DNA of 64,000 bases from positions 131,212 through 195,211 of the forward strand of contig JAUWZS010000002.1 of the NCBI GenBank assembly GCA_030615205.1, in the 5' to 3' direction. Of this stretch, positions 57,498 through 64,000 are shown one piece after another; the stretch's first letter is position 1, and every line of letters starts with the position of its first letter. The notes beneath the pieces were generated by a model that did no database searches, was not told the origin of the DNA, and worked only from the letters and a program-made list of their open reading frames with translations. The position numbers were made by a program, and so were the translations under genes. This DNA comes from Candidatus Aenigmatarchaeota archaeon (lineage in GTDB: Archaea > Aenigmatarchaeota > Aenigmatarchaeia > CG10238-14 > SCSR01).

Positions 57498-58124
57498 GTG
57501 GTGTTTGTAAGATTTTTCGATTGGTTGTCCGGACTGCTCGGATTTAGAAAAAATATCACTTTAGGTGTGTATGGCGAGATTAACGTAGGCAAAACTACTT
57601 TGGCAAATAAAATTTCTTTGGATTGGGCAGGCGAGGAGGTAGGCATAGTTTCTAAAATCCCGCATGAAACCAGGACTATCCAGAAAAAAGAAAAAGTAGT
57701 GATACCGCTCAACGGAAGAAGAAAGATCGTGCTTAACTTGTTGGACATGCCTGGACTTGCAACAAAAGTTGATTACAAGCAATTTATGAAATATGGGATA
57801 AAACGCAAGGCTGCAAAGAAGCGAGCAAAAGAAGCGACCAGAGGCGTGATAGAAGCGATTAAATGGTTGGACAATGTTGATACAGTACTTGCTGTAATGG
57901 ATGCAACAAAAGATCCGCTCACGCAAGTCAATCTCACATTGCTAGGCAACCTAGAAGCAAAAGGAATACCGGTAATAATCGTTGCAAACAAGATTGACAA
58001 AAAAAGAGCTAAACCCAAAAGGATAAAAAGTGCTTTCCCAGAATATCCTGTAATTCCTATATCTGCACTCAAAGGAAAAAATATTGATAGATTATACAAG
58101 GCGATTGGTAAACATGCGAAATAA
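57498..58124 (+). CDS. oapA: Era-like GTPase OapA
   Basis: GEINVGKT, PHETR, DMPG, ATKGV-like ATRGVIEAIKWLD, DATKDP.TQVN, NKID, SAL. Confidence 0.88.
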   Translation: MVFVRFFDWLSGLLGFRKNITLGVYGEINVGKTTLANKISLDWAGEEVGIVSKIPHETRTIQKKEKVVIPLNGRRKIVLNLLDMPGLATKVDYKQFMKYGIKRKAAKKRAKEATRGVIEAIKWLDNVDTVLAVMDATKDPLTQVNLTLLGNLEAKGIPVIIVANKIDKKRAKPKRIKSAFPEYPVIPISALKGKNIDRLYKAIGKHAK

Positions 58125-58656
58125 AAAATTGCGGAATAAAAACTCTAAGAAGAGAAATGCTAGGAAAAACGCTAAGAAAAATGTAAAGAAAAATTCAAAG
58201 AACAAACGAGCTAAGGTAAATGCGAAAAATATCGCAAGATCTAACTTAAAGATAGATTTTATTTCATCAAATGTTTTGAATAAAAAGAGTGAGAAGAGTA
58301 GGATCACTTATATCTTAGATATAGTAAAAGACGGCACTATACTAGTTACAGACGGTGTGATGAGTCCTGATGAAGAGCTGGACTTGATTAGAGAGACTAT
58401 GCGGAAAGTAGATGATGGGTTTCCGGGAATAGAAGTCTGCAGTTTGAAAAGAGAGGCAGAGGGTTATCAAAGATTTGCAGAGCAACTTATGGAACAAAGA
58501 TACAGTATAAGAAAAGTAATTAATAAAATTATAGGAAGGGCGTCGCCGCAGATAGATCTGAAATATGGGATGACCCTTATCGGACCGTCCAGGCTTATCA
58601 AGAAGATAAAGAAAAGTCCTGATTCGTTCTCAGTTTTTGCACAATTACAAAAGTAA
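58114..58656 (+). CDS. oapB: DUF2073 protein OapB with basic N-terminal extension
   Basis: DFIS...I..ILD.VK.G.ILV..G.MSPDEEL.LIRETM......F.GIEV, MTLIGP..L...IKK. Confidence 0.85.
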   Translation: MRNKKLRNKNSKKRNARKNAKKNVKKNSKNKRAKVNAKNIARSNLKIDFISSNVLNKKSEKSRITYILDIVKDGTILVTDGVMSPDEELDLIRETMRKVDDGFPGIEVCSLKREAEGYQRFAEQLMEQRYSIRKVINKIIGRASPQIDLKYGMTLIGPSRLIKKIKKSPDSFSVFAQLQK

Positions 58657-58721
58657 TTTCATACAAAAACAATTTCAGGAACGTAATATTTCAGAGTACG
58701 AATATAATTTAAGTGGTTTTG

Positions 58722-59327
58722 ATGCACAAGTGCGTACGTTGTGGCAATACATATAAAGATAATGATAGTAGCATTCTCCGCGGTTGTACTCAATGCAGTG
58801 GCATTTTCTTTCTCTATATTAAAGGCGAAGCAGATACAAAACAGTTGGATGCAGTGCAGAGGGATCTACAGGAAAGAGACACAACATTAGAAAAAGAGCT
58901 TGTTAAACAAATTGAGAAACGAAGATCCAAGAAGCGCGTTAGAAAGAGAGTCAAAAAGAAAATTAAAAGAAAAGTCAAAGTAAAAGCGAAGGTTAAGAAA
59001 AAAGTTGGCAAGAAAAAAGTCAGGAAACGAGCCGTCAAGAAAAAACCAAGAAAGGAGAAAGTAAGAAAGGAAATAGTAAGAAAAGAAAAAGCGGAAAAAA
59101 TAGAGAAACCAGAGAAAATTGTAAGAAAGGAAGTAATAAAAATTGGGAAGGAAAAATTCGCAGTTGAAGATATTTTTGGAATCGAGACAGTCCGCGTGCC
59201 AAAAGATGGCGTATATGAAATTAATATCGATGGACTGATGAAGAAAAGGCCTGTTATAGTTTTAGAACGCGGGCAAGTTTATCTTATCCATTTGCCGCTT
59301 CTTTTTGAGGAACTGAGCGAAATCTAA
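58722..59327 (+). CDS. oapC: Zn-ribbon protein OapC (DUF2072) with Lys/Arg-rich insertion
   Basis: MHKCVRCG..Y.D....ILRGC.QC.G.FFLY; IETVR...G.YEINI..L; YLIHLP. Confidence 0.85.
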   Translation: MHKCVRCGNTYKDNDSSILRGCTQCSGIFFLYIKGEADTKQLDAVQRDLQERDTTLEKELVKQIEKRRSKKRVRKRVKKKIKRKVKVKAKVKKKVGKKKVRKRAVKKKPRKEKVRKEIVRKEKAEKIEKPEKIVRKEVIKIGKEKFAVEDIFGIETVRVPKDGVYEINIDGLMKKRPVIVLERGQVYLIHLPLLFEELSEI

Positions 59328-59561
59328 TTATAGCGAGATGTAAACCTCGAATAACACTCAATTTCTATACCTTCTCCGTCACTCAAGAATAAATGTTATA
59401 TTTTAAATCATGTATTTGCAAGTATGGATAAAATCCACAGGTCCGGATAAAGATGATGAGACGCTACTTGATGATAAAAAGATGAAATCGAGTTACCGCC
59501 CTGATTCCGAAACGCTTTAATTTAGCACTAGAAATAAGTTGGCCGGTTACTCGTGGACTCA

Positions 59562-60269
59562 CTATCTTGTAGACTTACCGGGCTTACAGTACGCACAAGG
59601 ATCATAACCATAGTCCAATGCCTCTTTTTTTGACGAAAAGTGTACCTTGCATTTTATTTCATCTATTTGACAATTTTTCTTTTCCTTTTTTAGATCATGA
59701 AACTCAAATTTCCTTTTTGGGTCCGTAGGGTTACAGTTACCCAACCATCTTGTTTTAGGCAACTTAGGACCGTAGAACTCCCCTCCTCTAACTGATTTAC
59801 TGGTGCCGTACGTTACTGTTGTGGGAGCAGCACTCTGAGGATGGTGAGAGACTCGGATAACGGGCTTTCTACCTGGAGTTACGTCAACCACATAGCCACA
59901 ATGTCCACTTACCCCATCTGGGTTCAACCTAGCCCAAATGTCTCCTTTTCTCACTTTGTGCAACTTGCCAAGTGGGTCTTCACTAGTGCGCATTTCCCAG
60001 CCTTTTCCTAGGAAGTATTGTACTACCTGGCCAACTCTAATTGGGTGGTCATTGTAGCATCTGACCCCTCTGGAAATTGTTATTTTTTTCGCACCAGCAA
60101 CATAATGAGCACAAGGAGTGCCCCCAATTGGGCCATATCCTACTTCATTATTTATATGCCAGAAAAGACATCTTGGTGTTATATATGAAGGCACTTTAGC
60201 TTCTGCGCATTTTGGGTCACAGTATCCTTCTTCTTCTGGTTTTTTCTTGTTAGATTTCTTTTTAGTCAT
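59562..60269 (-). CDS. putative Cys-His amidase + Ada-like Zn domain, paralog 2
   Basis: PCAHYVAG, GDIW, HCGYV, WLGN, NCQIDEI, GYDPCAYC; collinear with 50161..50865. Confidence 0.6.
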   Translation of the reverse strand: MTKKKSNKKKPEEEGYCDPKCAEAKVPSYITPRCLFWHINNEVGYGPIGGTPCAHYVAGAKKITISRGVRCYNDHPIRVGQVVQYFLGKGWEMRTSEDPLGKLHKVRKGDIWARLNPDGVSGHCGYVVDVTPGRKPVIRVSHHPQSAAPTTVTYGTSKSVRGGEFYGPKLPKTRWLGNCNPTDPKRKFEFHDLKKEKKNCQIDEIKCKVHFSSKKEALDYGYDPCAYCKPGKSTR

Positions 60270-60502
60270 AGTTTTTATTCATGTTTTCATCCAAATATAT
60301 GCAAATTTATCCAATCTAGCTCCCCCTACGAGACGATGCCTGTCCCGCATACAGCTTTGCTGTTGTTCGGGGTTAGAGCCTGTTTGAAATAAGTTTTTTT
60401 AAATCCCATCTTGGGCGTTGAACCCATTGAGATTTCTATTCTAAGGATTCTGGCGTTTTATATAGATTTCCTTGAAAAATATTTACATCAAAATATTTCT
60501 AA

Positions 60503-60880
60503 CTATATCAATCCTTTCGCCCTGTCCCCTTCTATCAATTTTTTAGTTTCTGGTTTTATTTTTATCAATGCGTCAAAAATAATTTGCTTATGCTCTTCTG
60601 TAATATACCCGTCTTCTTTCAACTGGTTTAGCAAAATAAAAGTATCTAATGTAAGATGTTTTAGCTTGAATTGCTTCGATGGTTCGCAATCTCCTCTTTT
60701 GACTTTAAAATTTCTCCTGCAAGATTCTGCCAGAATTGCGGCATTGATATCGTAAATTTGTGCAACAACAATTTGCTCATTGTAAGCTATAGCCTGCCTC
60801 TCCGCAACATCTCCTTTCATTTTGTCAATCATGCTTTGCATAGCTTTGTGTATACACTCGTCTTTTCCGCAAAGCTTCAT
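60503..60880 (-). CDS. hypothetical protein
   Basis: 125-aa ORF with ATG start. Confidence 0.5.
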   Translation of the reverse strand: MKLCGKDECIHKAMQSMIDKMKGDVAERQAIAYNEQIVVAQIYDINAAILAESCRRNFKVKRGDCEPSKQFKLKHLTLDTFILLNQLKEDGYITEEHKQIIFDALIKIKPETKKLIEGDRAKGLI

Positions 60881-60909
60881 AGAATAAGATTATATTTTGT
60901 CGGATTAAA

Positions 60910-61806
60910 TTATCTCTTTCTCTTTGTTTTCTTTTTTATTTCCTTAGGCTCAGCTTTCGCTTTTATTTTTCCCATTTTGAGTTTTTGTTTGTATTTCAAT
61001 TTTATTACAACAAGAACAACAATTAACGAAACCAGAAATGATATTACATACACTGAGTTTTCTGCTAAAGCTGTTGTCATACCAGTTAAAGCGCCAAGTG
61101 CAGACAGACCGCCTCCTGCTTCTTCAACTTCTTCGGGTGAACAAGGTTGTGATTCGAATGGCCTATTTCTATCTGTTCCACATTTATTTTCCTCTTCGCA
61201 TGTTCTTGCCTGCAAACCGTCTACGCATTCTCCCCATTCAGTACAGCTCCACTTCTCTTTGCAAACATAAACACAGGTTTTTGTTTCCTCTGGTTTACCA
61301 ACTTCAGTCCCACAATTGTTTTCATCTGTACATGTTCTTGTTTGTTCTCCTTCTGGTGGGCATTCGCTCCAATCTGTGCATTCCCAAGCTTCTGTACAAG
61401 GTGATGGTCCTGGTCCCGGTGATGGTCCTGGCCCTGGTCCTGGAGGAGAAGTCGTTGTTGGAGATGCTTTTGTAATTGAAAGATTTAGTTCTGTAGTACA
61501 GCCATTACAAAAATATTCAGTTTGGTATGTATCGACATCGTCAACAAAAAAATGAATTTCATCCCCTGGTGAAGCACTAATATAAAATATAGGACTGTAA
61601 CCGTATTTTCCATCTAACGTAGTTGTACTTTCTTCTATTCCATCTACCTTAGCAACAACTGATAAACCGTCTGGTGCTGGTTGACCATTCCAAGTAACAA
61701 AACCATAAAATCGATGAGGTGGGATTGGCTGAGCCAAAACTAAATTAGCAAATAACATAATTCCAATAAAAGTTGTTAACAATAATTTTTGATTCGTTTT
61801 TATCAC
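60910..61806 (-). CDS. surface protein with Cys/Trp (TSP1-like) repeats and C-terminal TM
   Basis: signal peptide; P..FYG.V..NG.PAPDG; 2x W.CT.WS/GEC...Q.RTC..EN.CGT. Confidence 0.8.
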   Translation of the reverse strand: MIKTNQKLLLTTFIGIMLFANLVLAQPIPPHRFYGFVTWNGQPAPDGLSVVAKVDGIEESTTTLDGKYGYSPIFYISASPGDEIHFFVDDVDTYQTEYFCNGCTTELNLSITKASPTTTSPPGPGPGPSPGPGPSPCTEAWECTDWSECPPEGEQTRTCTDENNCGTEVGKPEETKTCVYVCKEKWSCTEWGECVDGLQARTCEEENKCGTDRNRPFESQPCSPEEVEEAGGGLSALGALTGMTTALAENSVYVISFLVSLIVVLVVIKLKYKQKLKMGKIKAKAEPKEIKKKTKRKR

Positions 61807-61850
61807 CTACTTATAGTTAAACCATAAAAGATAAAAGGTTAATTGTTCCT

Positions 61851-63995
61851 CTAAGGACATATAAAGTTTTCGTTCCATACGCAAGTTGTTGACGGGACAT
61901 AAGTATCTGAAATACCCATCCCTATCCAATACCCCTTGCCTGCATGCATATTATCACATATATCTAGGCTAACCCAATAGCTGTCATTCCCACAGTTAAC
62001 ATAACTTATTAAAGAGCTCCATCTTGGAAATCCTTCTTGTGCATCTACTAGTGAATTGAGCGCACAATATGCGTAATTACCATATTCATAATTGTCTTCA
62101 CAATCACCATAATCATCTGAGTATTCTTGCCAATTTGTTCCATAGTATCCAATTAAGTTCCAACCTGGTGTCAAAACTCTGCTTGGAGGTGTTACTTGTG
62201 GGTTGAATAAACTGCCGCCGATTACTAAGTCAACTGAATCATTTGCTAATACCCAATAACCCCAACCTGGTTTGATGTTTTCCAAGCTGTTAGGTCCATC
62301 ACTTGTCCATACAAACCAATCTGTACCATTCCAAGTCCAAACTGATAACACTTTGTCTTTTATGTCTTTGAAAACTTCTTCTGGGTCATCATCTAGTAAT
62401 ACAAATGGGATTGAAATTAAGTTCCATTTCTTATACAAATGTATTGTAAATACTGTTCCTTCTACTTTGAATTTTTCAATATCTGTTAAACCTGTATTTC
62501 CTAAACTATCTACACAATAGAATTCTAGAGTATGATTGGATTCTTCTGGAAAATACAAAGTAAATGGTAAATCTTCAACAAAAGTCCAGTTTTGTTCTAA
62601 CTCACCATCTAGATAATACCTATAATATAGTGTTTCATAGTCAACTGGATGAGGCTGAGGGTCTACACAATCTAATATTATAGGTGTTAGGATTGTTATT
62701 TTCCATTCACATTCCTCTTCTTGGCATTCTGTCTTTGGTTCACCCACTGTTTTGTTAGGAATTGGTGGTAGGTTGTCTACGAATACACATTGCCAATTCA
62801 ATTCCTCTTCATTGTCAAAATTGTCTATGCTATAGTATTCTATGAGATGGCAGGATTGCTCTGCAATTGTAAATGAATTTGTATATTCTATAAAATCTCC
62901 TCGACCACCTGTTCCATTGCATTCTTCACAATAACTATCATCCATTAATGTTGTCCTATAATATGTTCTGTTAACCCCAGATGGACATGATTCATCATCT
63001 GTTGAAGAAAGGTTAATCAGTGTGCTTGAATTTATCCAGTTGTATGTTTCGTTTGTATGAAATGGTAAACCATAAATTTTTGTAGTATTGGGGGGTTCTT
63101 CATCAGCTATTGATTCATATAAGCATTGATCTAAATTTTCATCACAATAGCCTAATGTGCATTCAGTTTGACTAGAGCAATCTCTTGTTACTCCTCCACA
63201 AACTCCTGAGGTACATTGATCCTCTATTGTACACCATAAACCGTCATCACAAAAAGTTCCATCTTGCTTATTTCTTGTATTGTTAGTATCTATCCATTGA
63301 TGTTCAGTAATATTATATTGGCATTCTGTGTTACAATAATAATCTCTATATTCCTGTTCTTTTTGTTCCTTTTCTCTGCATTGATTTTCATCTATCCATG
63401 TTATGTTTCCAGTGTCATACCAGTCATCATAACTATCGCAGTCTTCTGGACAAAAAACTTCACATTGGACAATCCCATTCCCATTATTCAAATAGTCAGC
63501 CATATCCTTTGCTCTTTCTAAATCTTCTCCAGAATTTATCAAATCTTCTATTTCTGTCAATGCTTCTTCAACTGTGGTAGCATTAGACAAAGAACCTAAA
63601 TCAATTTGTGTGGATAAAAATAACTTTCTAGAAACCACGTTAAACCATAAAGCCATTGATTGTTGCTTGGCTCTTTGCTCCATAGAAGCTGGTTCTGAAG
63701 GATCTAATATTTGGCATAATTCATCAAAATTAGAAATGCTTGAAAAAATGTCAGAAGAATCATTAACTACATCTAAATAGCTTAGCATAGATTCTATTGT
63801 TTCATGCTGGAAGTGTTCTTTGCAAGGTTGTTTCCAATATCCTATTGTGTGTGGGTTACAGTCATTGTCTAAATAATTTGAAGAATCAGCAGAAATTGAT
63901 GCAATGCTGAAAAGACTCAAGAAAAGAATAGAAATTGGTATCAAAGAAATTTTTGAAATACTAACTAAAGATTTTTTATTCAATAATAACACCAC
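61851..63995 (-). CDS. large secreted Cys-rich multidomain surface protein
   Basis: signal peptide; TIGYWK; CDDGLWCT..D.C..G.C; Ig-like IEYYSIDN / LEFYCVD.LGN; 2x WNLI(S/G) repeats. Confidence 0.8.
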   Translation of the reverse strand: MVLLLNKKSLVSISKISLIPISILFLSLFSIASISADSSNYLDNDCNPHTIGYWKQPCKEHFQHETIESMLSYLDVVNDSSDIFSSISNFDELCQILDPSEPASMEQRAKQQSMALWFNVVSRKLFLSTQIDLGSLSNATTVEEALTEIEDLINSGEDLERAKDMADYLNNGNGIVQCEVFCPEDCDSYDDWYDTGNITWIDENQCREKEQKEQEYRDYYCNTECQYNITEHQWIDTNNTRNKQDGTFCDDGLWCTIEDQCTSGVCGGVTRDCSSQTECTLGYCDENLDQCLYESIADEEPPNTTKIYGLPFHTNETYNWINSSTLINLSSTDDESCPSGVNRTYYRTTLMDDSYCEECNGTGGRGDFIEYTNSFTIAEQSCHLIEYYSIDNFDNEEELNWQCVFVDNLPPIPNKTVGEPKTECQEEECEWKITILTPIILDCVDPQPHPVDYETLYYRYYLDGELEQNWTFVEDLPFTLYFPEESNHTLEFYCVDSLGNTGLTDIEKFKVEGTVFTIHLYKKWNLISIPFVLLDDDPEEVFKDIKDKVLSVWTWNGTDWFVWTSDGPNSLENIKPGWGYWVLANDSVDLVIGGSLFNPQVTPPSRVLTPGWNLIGYYGTNWQEYSDDYGDCEDNYEYGNYAYCALNSLVDAQEGFPRWSSLISYVNCGNDSYWVSLDICDNMHAGKGYWIGMGISDTYVPSTTCVWNENFICP

Positions 63996-64000
63996 TAATT

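Noticed and set aside
114..60269. Four accessory genes end in AGA TAG, resembling the GATAG arm of the cassette-like sites
   Set aside because: Spacer and left arm do not match, and two of the four are paralogs; likely chance.
60320..60436. GC-richer intergenic stretch with a GGG-CGTTGAA-CCC hairpin
   Set aside because: No cloverleaf, 5S, SRP or RNase P features recognisable.
1..64000. Integrase, transposase, provirus structural genes, rRNA, CRISPR-Cas
   Set aside because: No ORF with the corresponding motifs and no repeat-spacer array was seen.

Overview
AT-rich archaeal chromosomal window. It encodes eS8, eL37, Sm/Lsm, BHB-intron tRNAs, archaeal SMC/ScpA/ScpB, an Lhr helicase, OapABC-like genes and PGF-pre-PGF surface proteins. 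The gene content and many Cys-rich secreted orphans suggest a DPANN lineage such as Aenigmarchaeota (inference). Housekeeping blocks alternate with accessory stretches. Main observations: (1) a tRNA-Lys(CTT) with two non-canonical introns, at 8/9 and 59/60; (2) a family of ~25-bp arm-7bp-arm sites bracketing single accessory genes like recombination cassettes (0.7-1.1 kb and 7.6-8.7 kb); (3) a 49.3-57.3 kb variable island with three Rx4H HEPN-like genes, an AbiV-like gene, a PD-(D/E)XK nuclease, gene fragments, three copies of a ~45-bp element and an attC/MITE-like hairpin; (4) an unusually short 847-aa SMC; (5) two paralogous Cys-His (CHAP/NlpC-P60-like) amidases with Ada-like Zn tails; (6) two large secreted proteases sharing a Gly-run-PP-FT C-terminus; (7) a TGCTCG repeat cluster inside an HTH gene; (8) small ORFs missed by the ORF track. 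No rRNA, CRISPR array, integrase or transposase was seen. All family assignments come from motif recognition by eye; no searches were run.
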